This document shows positions 20,995 through 30,757 of a stretch of 64,000 nt of DNA, in pieces. The position numbers and the translations under genes are program-made. Source of the stretch: an uncultured Aliarcobacter sp. (GTDB lineage: Bacteria > Campylobacterota > Campylobacteria > Campylobacterales > Arcobacteraceae); NCBI GenBank assembly GCA_963677435.1, contig OY781945.1:96001-160000 (forward strand), read 5' to 3'. Within the stretch, counting starts at the first letter, position 1. Every line of letters begins with the position of its first letter. The notes under the pieces are model-generated. The model was not told where the DNA came from, searched no databases, and saw only the letters and a list, made by a program, of their open reading frames with translations.

Positions 20995-21810
20995 TTATTG
21001 TACAAAATTGAGTTTATACTCATTTGGAGTACAAGCAACAATTTTTAAAAAGTTTTTATGAAAGTGACTTTGGTCAAAAAAGCCACACTCTAAAGCGGTA
21101 TCTACAATAGAGTGATTTTTCCTCAAAAGTTCTTTTGATTTATTGATTTTTAGATTTAACAAATATGCATGAGGTGTCATATTCATTTCAGATTTAAAAA
21201 GTCTAATTATATAAAAAGCATTTAAATCAAACTTTTTTGATAAGTCATCTATAGAGATATTTTCTTTGTAATTTTCTTCTAAATAAGATACTATTTCTTT
21301 AAATCGTTTATCTACAATTTCTTCTTTTTTCTCATCTAAAAATAATGAAAAGAATTTAATAAAAAAACTATAAAGAGCATCCTCTTTATCTAAGATATAA
21401 TTATCAGAAAAAAGAAATTCACATAAATTTATATATTCATTATAGAAGTTCTCATCTTCTAAAATATCAACTGGAATATTAACAAATGTATCAACATCTT
21501 TATTTATAATATTTTGTATATTTGCACACCAACTTGTATTTAAATATAACATATAGTAGACATTTAATACATCACTACAAGAGTTACATGAATGCACAAT
21601 ATTTGGATTTATTATACTAATCATATTTTTATCTAAAGTATAAGAAGTGTCGCCATTCAGATAAATACTTACGCCTTTTTTATTTACACCTAAAGAAAAA
21701 GTATCATGAAAATGCTTTTTATAATGCATATTCGAATTTGAATATCTCAACTCAGCAAAAGGAAGTTTTTCATCAATAAATATTTTCGTAAATGTTTTTT
21801 CTTTATTCAT
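20995..21810 (-). CDS. AraC-family transcriptional regulator
   Basis: HFHD cupin domain and C-terminal CGFFDQSHF...TP. Confidence 0.9.
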   Translation of the reverse strand: MNKEKTFTKIFIDEKLPFAELRYSNSNMHYKKHFHDTFSLGVNKKGVSIYLNGDTSYTLDKNMISIINPNIVHSCNSCSDVLNVYYMLYLNTSWCANIQNIINKDVDTFVNIPVDILEDENFYNEYINLCEFLFSDNYILDKEDALYSFFIKFFSLFLDEKKEEIVDKRFKEIVSYLEENYKENISIDDLSKKFDLNAFYIIRLFKSEMNMTPHAYLLNLKINKSKELLRKNHSIVDTALECGFFDQSHFHKNFLKIVACTPNEYKLNFVQ

Positions 21811-21820
21811 AACTTAAAAA

Positions 21821-22675
21821 TTATTGCCCTTTTTTTAAAGTATATAATGAGTTTATAATTAAAGTTGCAATAATCAAACTTCCACCAATAAAAGTATTAG
21901 AACTTGGTATCTCATCCAAAAATATCCAAACCCAAATAGGTGCCATTATTGTCTCAATAATCATTAAAAGACTAACTTCACTAGCACTTATATATTTTGC
22001 ACCATTTCCTAATAAAACCCTTGAAATAGGACTTATTAATAATCCCATTATTGCCACCGTTATTAATGTTTTAATATCAATTGCTAAATCATCACAAAAG
22101 AAAAAAGTAATCACACTTAAACTTATACCGCTGTAAGCTGTTAAAACTACCCTACTCATCTCTTTATTATGTGATAAAAATACGAAATAAATAGAAAATA
22201 ATATAGTGCATAATAAGGCATATAAATTACCTAGTGAATCCCCTATTTCAAGATTATCACTAAATATTATATATAAGCCAATAAACATAAAAAATGAAGC
22301 ATAAAGTATGTTTTTAGTCATTTTTTCTTTGTAAATCAGATATGCACACAATGCTGAAAATAAAGCTGATGTACTAAAAATTATTACTACATTTGCAACT
22401 GTTGTTGTTTTAATAGCCGTAATAAAAAATATATTAGCAACTCCCGCTATTATCGAACAAATAATTAATATTTTATATGATGTTTTCATAGCATTTTTTA
22501 TAAACTCTTTACTTTTAAATACAAGAGTTGAAGCCATAGAGATAAATATAAAAATTCCTATATAAAAAGAAAATAAAAAAGGTGATATGGTTGTTAATTT
22601 TATAAATAAAGATTCCAAACTCATTATAAATACACCCAATGATGTAAGGAGTAATCCTCTAGCGTTATTTGTCAA
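21821..22675 (-). CDS. DMT/EamA-family transporter
   Basis: About 10 TM segments, ISASEVSLLMIIETIMAPIWVW. Confidence 0.88.
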   Translation of the reverse strand: MTNNARGLLLTSLGVFIMSLESLFIKLTTISPFLFSFYIGIFIFISMASTLVFKSKEFIKNAMKTSYKILIICSIIAGVANIFFITAIKTTTVANVVIIFSTSALFSALCAYLIYKEKMTKNILYASFFMFIGLYIIFSDNLEIGDSLGNLYALLCTILFSIYFVFLSHNKEMSRVVLTAYSGISLSVITFFFCDDLAIDIKTLITVAIMGLLISPISRVLLGNGAKYISASEVSLLMIIETIMAPIWVWIFLDEIPSSNTFIGGSLIIATLIINSLYTLKKGQ

Positions 22676-22900
22676 ATCGTAATTCCTAAATTATGTAAAT
22701 TTTGGCGGATTATATACAACTACATATTAGTTTTTGCTTCTTTCTTGTATTAATTCTATTTTCGATTTTTATAGTGTCAAAATTTAATCTTTCAATCCAA
22801 AACTAAAATTTAAAAGTTATTAAAAAAAGTATTTTAGTTATTTCTATAATTAAGAATGTGGTGTAAAAGAAATAATTCAGAAATCTACATAAAATAGCTA

Positions 22901-23749
22901 TTACTTTTTCATGATGTAGATTGAGTTCGCTATCAAAGTTAAAAGAATAATTCCACCACCTATAAAAGTATATGTACTAGGAACTTCTTTTAAAACCATC
23001 CAAACCCAAATAGGTCCCATAACTGTTTCAATAATCATTAAAAGACTTACTTCACTTGCATTTATAAACTTTGTTCCATTAAATATTAGAACCCTTGAAT
23101 ATGGTGTAATGATTAATCCCATTACAGCTACAACACTAAGATTATATAAATCAATAGTTATTGTGTCACTTGCAAAATAAGCTATTATAGCTAGTGATAT
23201 TCCTGTCATTCCAGTTAATGCTATCCGATTTATCCTAGTATATTTTGACATTAAAACAAAAGATAAAGAAAAAGTCATTGTACATAAAAGTGCTAAAACA
23301 TTACCTTTTAAGCTCCCCAACCCAACTTTATCATTAAATATTATTAAAAGCCCAAGAATCATAAAAAATGAAGCAATAAGAACATTTATTCTTATTTTCT
23401 CTTTATAAAATAAATATGAAAAGAAAGATGTAAATAAAGCTCCTGTTCCTATTATAAGTACAACATTTGCAGCAGTTGTACTTTTAATTGCCCAAATAAA
23501 GAAAATATTTGCACTACCCATTAGTATCCCACATAAAAGGAAAATATATAAGGATGTTTTTGTAATCTCTCTTATGATATCTCTTTGCTTTATTACAAGT
23601 AGTAAGAGCATTGAAATAAACATAAATATTCCCAAATAAAAAGAAAAAGTAAAAGGGGAAATAGAAGTCAATTTTATAAATAAAGATTCTAAACTCATTA
23701 TAAAAACTCCCAAAGCAGTTATTAAAATACCTTTTGTATTGTTGTTCAT
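22901..23749 (-). CDS. DMT/EamA-family transporter (paralogue of the adjacent gene)
   Basis: Shares LGVFIMSLESLFIKLT and ASEVSLLMIIET with the neighbouring gene. Confidence 0.88.
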   Translation of the reverse strand: MNNNTKGILITALGVFIMSLESLFIKLTSISPFTFSFYLGIFMFISMLLLLVIKQRDIIREITKTSLYIFLLCGILMGSANIFFIWAIKSTTAANVVLIIGTGALFTSFFSYLFYKEKIRINVLIASFFMILGLLIIFNDKVGLGSLKGNVLALLCTMTFSLSFVLMSKYTRINRIALTGMTGISLAIIAYFASDTITIDLYNLSVVAVMGLIITPYSRVLIFNGTKFINASEVSLLMIIETVMGPIWVWMVLKEVPSTYTFIGGGIILLTLIANSIYIMKK

Positions 23750-23782
23750 ATGTTCTCGATGTTATTTTAATTTTAATTTTGC

Positions 23783-23926
23783 AAAATTGTTGTAGTGTGA
23801 GGAGTTTTGTTCAAAGTCAAGGCAATATTTAAAATTTTTGGAGGAGCTTACAATTAGTAAGTGAGTCTAAAAATTTTAAATACCAACACAGAGATTGGAT
23901 AAAAATACCCGTGCTACAACGATTTT
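23783..23926 (+). repeat. long imperfect palindromic (stem-loop) intergenic element
   Basis: Nested arms: AAAATTGTTGTAGTGT/GTGCTACAACGATTTT, TTTTGTTCAA/TTGGATAAAA, TATTTAAAATTTTTGGA/TCTAAAAATTTTAAATA, CTTAC/GTAAG. Confidence 0.65.
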
Positions 23927-26900
23927 TTAAATGTTGTAGTAGTTTGCTTCTTTGTGGGTAACCACAATTGCACAAGTTGTTTGTTCTGGGTGCATTTGGA
24001 ATGTTTCAGATAATTCTATTCCAAACTCTTCAGGATTTAATAAATCAAAGATATCTCTGTTCATTGCTAAATCTGGGCAAGCTGCATATCCTGGAGAATA
24101 TCTACACCCTACATATTGTTTCATTTGAACATCATTTAAAGTATGTCCCTCTTTTGGCACAATATCTAAATCAAGTCTGATTTGTTTATGTAAAACCTCA
24201 GCTAAAGCTTCAGCAAGTTCAACCCCAAGTCCATGAACTTGGTAATATTTTGTAAACTCACCTTTGTCGTATAAACTTCTTTCATAATCACTGATTTTAA
24301 GTCCAGCACTTGCAAGTGTAAAGGCAATAACATCAAGTCTATCATTTGCGAAAAAGTCGGCAATACATCTAAAAGGTTTTCTTTTTTGTCTTGGGAACTC
24401 TAATACTTTTATAGCTTCACTTAAAGGTGGTACATTTTTTGCTTCTTCAAGAGAATTAAACAAATATTTTTTATCAAAAATATAAATTTTATTATCATGG
24501 GAAATACAAGGATAATAAGCATAAATAGCAATTGGTTCAAAAATATTTTTATCCAATAATTCAGCTTTTAAAGCCTGATAAGTTGGTTCAACCACATCTT
24601 GTTCATATTTTAAGAACTTAGCTGAATCTTGTTTTCCTCTTTTATATCCCCATCTTTGTCTAAATAAAACCCTATGATTTATCCATTTAAAAATCAATTC
24701 TTTATCTAGTTTTTCACTTGTTCTTGCCATTCTTTCCCAAATTGGAGGGAAAGTAAATGTATTTGGTGCTGGAAGTGGTATTTCTTCATAAGGAGGAATA
24801 ACAACAGCCTCTTCTTCAACCCTATCACTTGTATCAACTATTTTTATTAAATCAGCGGCTAGAGCAGTATTATTCTCATCACCTTTTTCAATTCTTTGCA
24901 TAGAAACAACACCATCAAAAGCATCTCTACAATAAAAAATTGGTCCATCATAAAATGGTCTGCAATACTCATCAATAAAGTTTTTAGTTAAAGCTGCACC
25001 TCCAAGAAGTACAGGAACTTTTATTCCCATTCTTTGAAGTTCTTCAAGATTCTCTTTCATAACAGCAGTTGATTTAACAAGTAATCCACTCATTCCAATT
25101 GCGTGAGCGTTGTGTTCTTGAAGTTTTTCAATAAAAGTATCTAAACCTGCTTTTATACCAATATTTATAACTTTAAATCCATTATTACTTAAAATGATAT
25201 CAACAAGATTTTTACCAACATCATGAACATCACCTTTTACTGTTCCGATGATTAAAGTTGTTTCACTCTCTTTTTCTTGTTTTGGTAAATATGGGTTTAG
25301 TGCATCAACAGTTGCTTTCATAGTTTCAGCACTTTGAAGAACAAATGGTAACTGCATTTGTCCACTTCCAAATAACTCTCCAATAATCTTCATACCATCA
25401 ATTAGCCATTCATTTACTATAGTTTCAGGATTTACAGTATGTCTTAATTCATCAACTAAAGGAAGAAGTCTATCTTTATCTCCATCTAATAAAAGCATTT
25501 GTACTTTTTCTAAAGGTGGCATATTTTGATACTCTTCATCTGTTTGTTCTTCTTGAGCTTCTACATTTGAGAAGTGTTCAATGAAAGCGAATAAAGGGTC
25601 ACCATTTTCATGGTTATTAAATATTAAATTATCACAAGCAGCTCTGTCTTCATCACTTATTTTATTTAGAGGTAAAATGTGTTTAACATTTACAATAGCA
25701 GATGTTAAACCAGCTCTTACACAATGGTCAAGATAGATTGAATTCAGATAAATTCTAGCTTTTATATCAAGTCCAAAAGAGATATTTGAAAGCCCTAAAG
25801 TTGTTCCAACTTCTGGATGTAAAATTTGGAATTCACGAATTGCTTCCATAGTTTCAATTCCAGCTGTTCTATATTCATCATCTCCAGAACCAATAGTAAA
25901 TGTAAGCATATCAAATACTAAATCAGCAGGGTCAAATCCATGTCTATTTACACATAAATCAAAGATTCTCTCAGCAATTCTGATTTTATCCTCTTTTGTT
26001 TTTGCCATTCCAACTTCGTCAATAACAAGACAAACAAGTGCAGCTCCAAATTTTTTAGCTAAAGCACAAACAGCATCAAATTTTTCTTCACCATCTTCAA
26101 GATTTACAGAGTTAATAATTGCTCTTCCACCGATTTGTTTAAGTGCAGCTTCTAAAGCATAAATTTGAGTTGAATCTGGCATTAAAGGAAGTGCAACTTT
26201 TTGTGAATAAAGTGCCGTTACTTCATCCATATCTTTTCTTTCATCACGACCTGCAAATCCAACAGAAACATCAATCACATGGGCACCTGCTCTTACTTGT
26301 TGTTGTCCAACACTTAATGTACCCTCATAGTCATTTGCTTTTAATAACTCTCTAAAAGCCTTACTTCCAGTTGCATTTGAACGCTCACCAATAAGTAATG
26401 GTGCTGGTTCTTGTTTTAGAGGAACTGTTCCAAAAAGTGAAGCTAAAGATGCTTTTAAGAATCCGCAAGATTTTAAAGGTACAATTCCTTCTGTAGCTTT
26501 TGTTAAAGCTTCAATATGTTCAGGTGTTGTACCACAACAACCACCTAAAAATGAAACTCCATTTATTTTTAAAAACTCCATTTGTAAAGCTGTGAATTCA
26601 TCTGGTTGCATTGGATAGTAAGTTTTTCCACCTCTATTTTGTGGTAACCCTGCATTTGCATGAACTGAAATTGGAAATTTACAAACTTCACTTAAAGTTT
26701 TTACATGTTTATGAACTTGTTTAGGTCCAGTTCCACAGTTAAATCCTAAAGATAAAATATTAAAAGGACTTAATATGGCAGCTATTGTCATAGCATCAGT
26801 TCCAATAAGCATAGTTCCACTTAACTCAATAGTAACAGATACCATAATAGGAATATGTGGTGCTATATCATTTAGTGCATGAAGAGCAGCTTTTATTTGA

Positions 26901-27403
26901 AGTGGATCTTGACAAGTTTCAAGTAAGAAGATATCACATCCACCATCAGCTAAACCTTTTGCCATGATTTTGTAACCCTCGTACATTTCATCATATTTGA
27001 TGTGTCCAAGAGATGGAAGTTTCGTTCCAGGCCCAATAGAAGCTACAACAAATCTTGGTTTTTCTGGTGTGCTATATTTTTCACAAGATTTTTTTACAAG
27101 CGCTGCTCCAAGTCGTGATAATTCATACGACATATGTCCGATTTTGTATTCATCTAAAACCCAAGGCATTGAACCAAAAGTATTTGTACATATTAAATCA
27201 GCCCCTGATTTAGCATAATCATCATGGATAGTTTCTAAAACATGAGGTGCAGTTAAATTTAAAAGTTCATTACAACCCTCTAAATCCTGTTCTTCAAATA
27301 ACCACTCTTCTTGTTTTATATCTGCTAGTTGAAGCTGTGTTCCCATAGCTCCATCTATTATCAAAACTTTTTGTTTAATTAAATTTTTTATTGTTTCTAA
27401 CAT
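23927..27403 (-). CDS. metH: cobalamin-dependent methionine synthase
   Basis: DGAMGT, GGCCGTTPEHI, IGERSN, B12 motif GDVHDVGKNLV...SGLL, RYSPGY. Confidence 0.97.
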   Translation of the reverse strand: MLETIKNLIKQKVLIIDGAMGTQLQLADIKQEEWLFEEQDLEGCNELLNLTAPHVLETIHDDYAKSGADLICTNTFGSMPWVLDEYKIGHMSYELSRLGAALVKKSCEKYSTPEKPRFVVASIGPGTKLPSLGHIKYDEMYEGYKIMAKGLADGGCDIFLLETCQDPLQIKAALHALNDIAPHIPIMVSVTIELSGTMLIGTDAMTIAAILSPFNILSLGFNCGTGPKQVHKHVKTLSEVCKFPISVHANAGLPQNRGGKTYYPMQPDEFTALQMEFLKINGVSFLGGCCGTTPEHIEALTKATEGIVPLKSCGFLKASLASLFGTVPLKQEPAPLLIGERSNATGSKAFRELLKANDYEGTLSVGQQQVRAGAHVIDVSVGFAGRDERKDMDEVTALYSQKVALPLMPDSTQIYALEAALKQIGGRAIINSVNLEDGEEKFDAVCALAKKFGAALVCLVIDEVGMAKTKEDKIRIAERIFDLCVNRHGFDPADLVFDMLTFTIGSGDDEYRTAGIETMEAIREFQILHPEVGTTLGLSNISFGLDIKARIYLNSIYLDHCVRAGLTSAIVNVKHILPLNKISDEDRAACDNLIFNNHENGDPLFAFIEHFSNVEAQEEQTDEEYQNMPPLEKVQMLLLDGDKDRLLPLVDELRHTVNPETIVNEWLIDGMKIIGELFGSGQMQLPFVLQSAETMKATVDALNPYLPKQEKESETTLIIGTVKGDVHDVGKNLVDIILSNNGFKVINIGIKAGLDTFIEKLQEHNAHAIGMSGLLVKSTAVMKENLEELQRMGIKVPVLLGGAALTKNFIDEYCRPFYDGPIFYCRDAFDGVVSMQRIEKGDENNTALAADLIKIVDTSDRVEEEAVVIPPYEEIPLPAPNTFTFPPIWERMARTSEKLDKELIFKWINHRVLFRQRWGYKRGKQDSAKFLKYEQDVVEPTYQALKAELLDKNIFEPIAIYAYYPCISHDNKIYIFDKKYLFNSLEEAKNVPPLSEAIKVLEFPRQKRKPFRCIADFFANDRLDVIAFTLASAGLKISDYERSLYDKGEFTKYYQVHGLGVELAEALAEVLHKQIRLDLDIVPKEGHTLNDVQMKQYVGCRYSPGYAACPDLAMNRDIFDLLNPEEFGIELSETFQMHPEQTTCAIVVTHKEANYYNI

Positions 27404-27495
27404 TCTTTTCTCTGTCTTATTTATTATAATTATTTTTGATATTTATTATTAGATAGTGTACTTAATTAGTAGTTAAAAAGCTGTTAAACAAAGTT

Positions 27496-28095
27496 TTAAA
27501 TTTTTTGAATAACTACTCTAATCACACAAGCTTCGCCTTGATGGCCAATTCCTTCATCTAAAATCACAATCTCTTCACTTAAGTCTTTTGTACAAAATAA
27601 AAAATGATTTTCAAAATCCTCTATTGTATATAAAAGCTCTAAATCTTTTGGGCCACCGCTATTATATGTTAACTGTTTTGTTGAGAAGAACTCACCGATA
27701 AAGTAACCATTTTTATTTAAAGATTCTTCAATCTTTTCAAACAAATTTTTTCTTTCATCTTTAAACATATGTAAATATGAAGCTACGATTACATCGTATT
27801 TTTCATCTGCTTTCCAATGATTTAAATCCATACAAACAGTTTTTATATTTAGATTTCCTTCTTTACTTTTTGAATCAAGTTTTGCTAAACCCACATCTGA
27901 AGCATCAATCGCACTAACTTCGAAACCATTCTTTGCAAAAAAGAGAGCATTTCTGCCCTCACCCTCACCTAAACATAAAAGCTTTTTCTTATTTTTTATT
28001 AACTCAATTTTTGAAGCTAAAAATTCATTTGCTTTAGTCCCATAAAAATAATCAGCTTTTGAGAATTTACCATTCCAAAATATTTGTTGGCTCAT
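27496..28095 (-). CDS. class I SAM-dependent methyltransferase
   Basis: LLCLGEGEGRNA, SGGPK, EGIGHQG. Confidence 0.88.
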   Translation of the reverse strand: MSQQIFWNGKFSKADYFYGTKANEFLASKIELIKNKKKLLCLGEGEGRNALFFAKNGFEVSAIDASDVGLAKLDSKSKEGNLNIKTVCMDLNHWKADEKYDVIVASYLHMFKDERKNLFEKIEESLNKNGYFIGEFFSTKQLTYNSGGPKDLELLYTIEDFENHFLFCTKDLSEEIVILDEGIGHQGEACVIRVVIQKI

Positions 28096-28132
28096 ATTTA
28101 ACCTTGTTAATTTTCTTTATTATATCTTTTAG

Positions 28133-28165
28133 AAAGTTAAACGCAACTAAGTTGCGTTTAACTTT
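28133..28165. promoter_or_regulatory. perfect 16-1-16 inverted repeat with GCAAC-N3-GTTGC core (candidate Zur/Fur-family operator)
   Basis: AAAGTTAAACGCAACT-A-AGTTGCGTTTAACTTT in the divergent methyltransferase/znuA intergenic region. Confidence 0.65.
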
Positions 28166-28187
28166 TATTTTAATAATATTACAAAAA

Positions 28188-28202
28188 TGCAACTTGGTTG
28201 CA
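28188..28202. promoter_or_regulatory. second GCAAC-N3-GTTGC operator-like site
   Basis: TGCAAC-TTG-GTTGCA just upstream of the znuA RBS. Confidence 0.6.
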
Positions 28203-28221
28203 GTAATAAAAGGACTATAAG

Positions 28222-29499
28222 ATGAAATTTTTAATTGCAATATTTTTACTGTTAAATATTGTTTATGCACAAACAAATGTGGTTGTTAGTATCTTACCTC
28301 AGCAAACATTTGTAGAAAAAATAGGTGGAGATAAAGTTAAGGTTAGCGCAATGGTAAAACCAGGAAGTGACCCACACACTTATGAGCCAAAACCCTCACA
28401 AATGAAAGATATTTCAAATGCAAATATCTATTTTCCAATAGGTTTAGAATTTGAAAATACATGGCTTGATAAATTTGCAACGCAAAATAAAAATATGAAA
28501 TTTGTTGAAATGACAAAAGACATTGAATTAATTGAAATGGCAAAACATCACCATCACCATGCAGAAGAACAAAATAAAAGTGAAGAGCTTCCTTTTGAAT
28601 GGGCTGGAGTTTTTGATTTAAAAAAAGGTACATATAACTGGAGTTTTTCTAAATCAGATGGCAATTATGCAGAAGCAACTATGAAAATGTTTATTATAAA
28701 AGCACAAGGAAATAGTGAAGATTTGATAAAAGCATACACAAATACTGCAAAAGATATATTTGAAAAAAATAAAATTTCAACTGCAAATAACAATGATACC
28801 CTTGAAACAAGTAACTCTTTTTATGAATTAAATTTTGATGATAAAAAAGATATATCAACTTTCAAAATTGAAGTAAAAGAAGATGGAAAATATATCTTTT
28901 TTACACAACATCAACCAACAGAGTTTGAAGGTGAGGAACATTTCTTTAAAGATTTAGCTTCAAATGATGTGGAAACAATTGAGAGTTTTCCAAAAGAAGA
29001 TGAACATCACCATGGAAAAGATCCACATACTTGGACAAGTCCTGATAATGTAAAAATTATGGCAAAAAATATTTATGATGCTTTAGTTGAAGTTGATTCT
29101 ATTAACAAAGATTATTACAAAACTAACTATGATAAGTTTATTGAAGAGATAAATCAAACAGATAAAAAAATAAAAAGTATTTTAAGTGATTTACCAAAAG
29201 ATTCTAAATTTATGGTGTTTCATCCATCTTGGGGATATTTTGCAAAAGAGTATAATTTAGTTCAATTGCCAATTGAAGTAGAAGGTAAAGAGCCAAAACC
29301 TAAAATGCTTCAAAAAATCATAAATGAAGCAAAAGAGCAAAAAGTAAAAGCGATTTTTACACAAAGTGAATTTTCAGATAAAAGTGCACAAACAATTGCA
29401 AATGAGTTAAAAATTAAAGTTATAAAAGAGACTCCATTAGCAAAAGATTGGTCTGAAAACTTGATAAAAATGGCAAATGCCATTGCTAATCACAATTAG
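28222..29499 (+). CDS. znuA: zinc ABC transporter substrate-binding protein (ZnuA/TroA family) with an inserted domain
   Basis: PGSDPHTYEP, His tracts, DPHTWTSP, VFHPSWGYFA. Confidence 0.88.
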   Translation: MKFLIAIFLLLNIVYAQTNVVVSILPQQTFVEKIGGDKVKVSAMVKPGSDPHTYEPKPSQMKDISNANIYFPIGLEFENTWLDKFATQNKNMKFVEMTKDIELIEMAKHHHHHAEEQNKSEELPFEWAGVFDLKKGTYNWSFSKSDGNYAEATMKMFIIKAQGNSEDLIKAYTNTAKDIFEKNKISTANNNDTLETSNSFYELNFDDKKDISTFKIEVKEDGKYIFFTQHQPTEFEGEEHFFKDLASNDVETIESFPKEDEHHHGKDPHTWTSPDNVKIMAKNIYDALVEVDSINKDYYKTNYDKFIEEINQTDKKIKSILSDLPKDSKFMVFHPSWGYFAKEYNLVQLPIEVEGKEPKPKMLQKIINEAKEQKVKAIFTQSEFSDKSAQTIANELKIKVIKETPLAKDWSENLIKMANAIANHN

Positions 29500-29518
29500 T
29501 TTTATATTGTATTCATAA

Positions 29519-29556
29519 AAAAAGCAGTAAAAGTTTAAGTACTTTTACTGCTTTTT
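29519..29556 (+). terminator. rho-independent terminator after znuA
   Basis: AAAAAGCAGTAAAAGT-ttaagt-ACTTTTACTGCTTTTT followed by T-rich sequence. Confidence 0.75.
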
Positions 29557-29746
29557 ATTTTTTAGGTAATCCCACTCTAACCTATTACAAATTTTCAATA
29601 AAATTATAATCTTCTCTTACTTTGCATAAAAATAATTTAAATTAATGTGAATTTCCAATAGTTTAAGTTAGAATCATGCAAAATTATAAAACCCCCATAA
29701 AACCTACTGTAGTTAAAATTATAATACATATTAATAAGGTAAAGTA

Positions 29747-30754
29747 ATGATAAATAAAATAAAAAATCCTACAACAGAATATACCCTAATAGAAACTGTA
29801 GCAAATGATAAATGGGATAAATTTGTTAATGAGTCATCAAATGGTACAATTTTTTCTACTTCTACATATTTAAAAGGATGTGATATAAAATATAAACTTT
29901 TTTATTGTTATAAAAAAGATGAACTTAGAGCAGCAGTAGCTACTATAGAAAATGAAAATGAAAATGAAAATTCTTTGGTTTTAGATGATTTTATTATTTA
30001 TAATGGAATTATGTATAACAAACCAACAAATAAGCAAAATCATTCTCAACAATTTTCTGAACAATTTAAAATACAAGAATTTATCTTAAAAGAACTTACT
30101 AATATTTACAAGAATATAGAACTTCGTTTACATCCAAGTATTGTAGATATACGAGGAATTTTATGGATAAACTTTGGAACTAAATTTCCTAAATATACTC
30201 CTGACATAAGATATACTTCATATCTAGATATATCAGATTTTAGAACAGCAAACAAACTTGAAGATATTAGTATTTATAAAAAAGCTTCAACATCAAGAAG
30301 ACAACAAATTAGATATGCAATAAAAAAAGAGTATCAAGTAAAAACTATTTCAGATATTTCTTTACTTGTAGAGTTTTATAGAAAAACAATGAATAGGCAA
30401 AATATTGAAGTTGAAAATCAAATCTTAAATACTATGAAAAATCTAGTATCAATTCTACTTGATAATAATATGGGAAAGATTTATGCTAGTTATGATGAAT
30501 TTAATGAGATTGGAAGTATAGTATTTTTTGCATGGGATACGAAAAGAGCATACTATATTTTTGGTGCAAATGATCCAGTAAAAAGAGATGGACATAGTGG
30601 AACAAATGTACTTTGGGAAACTTTTTATGATTTAAGTAAAATGGGCATTAACGAAGTAGATTTAGAAGGTATTAATTCGCCCAAAAGAGGTTGGTTTAAA
30701 CTAAGTTTTGGTGGAGATATATTGCCATATTATGAAGTAAAGTACAGGAGTTAA
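29747..30754 (+). CDS. GNAT-family (FemAB/Acetyltransf_6-like) protein
   Basis: WDKFV..S.NGTIFS, RQQIRYA, AYYIFGAND, VDLEGINSPKRGWFKLSFGG. Confidence 0.75.
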   Translation: MINKIKNPTTEYTLIETVANDKWDKFVNESSNGTIFSTSTYLKGCDIKYKLFYCYKKDELRAAVATIENENENENSLVLDDFIIYNGIMYNKPTNKQNHSQQFSEQFKIQEFILKELTNIYKNIELRLHPSIVDIRGILWINFGTKFPKYTPDIRYTSYLDISDFRTANKLEDISIYKKASTSRRQQIRYAIKKEYQVKTISDISLLVEFYRKTMNRQNIEVENQILNTMKNLVSILLDNNMGKIYASYDEFNEIGSIVFFAWDTKRAYYIFGANDPVKRDGHSGTNVLWETFYDLSKMGINEVDLEGINSPKRGWFKLSFGGDILPYYEVKYRS

Positions 30755-30757
30755 TAG

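Noticed and set aside
27465..27473. Partial resemblance (TAATTAGTA) to the MarR operator upstream of metH
   Set aside because: Only about half the palindrome matches, which is expected by chance in AT-rich DNA.
27404..27495. Cobalamin or SAM riboswitch upstream of metH
   Set aside because: The intergenic region is only about 90 nt, AT-rich, and lacks conserved motifs.
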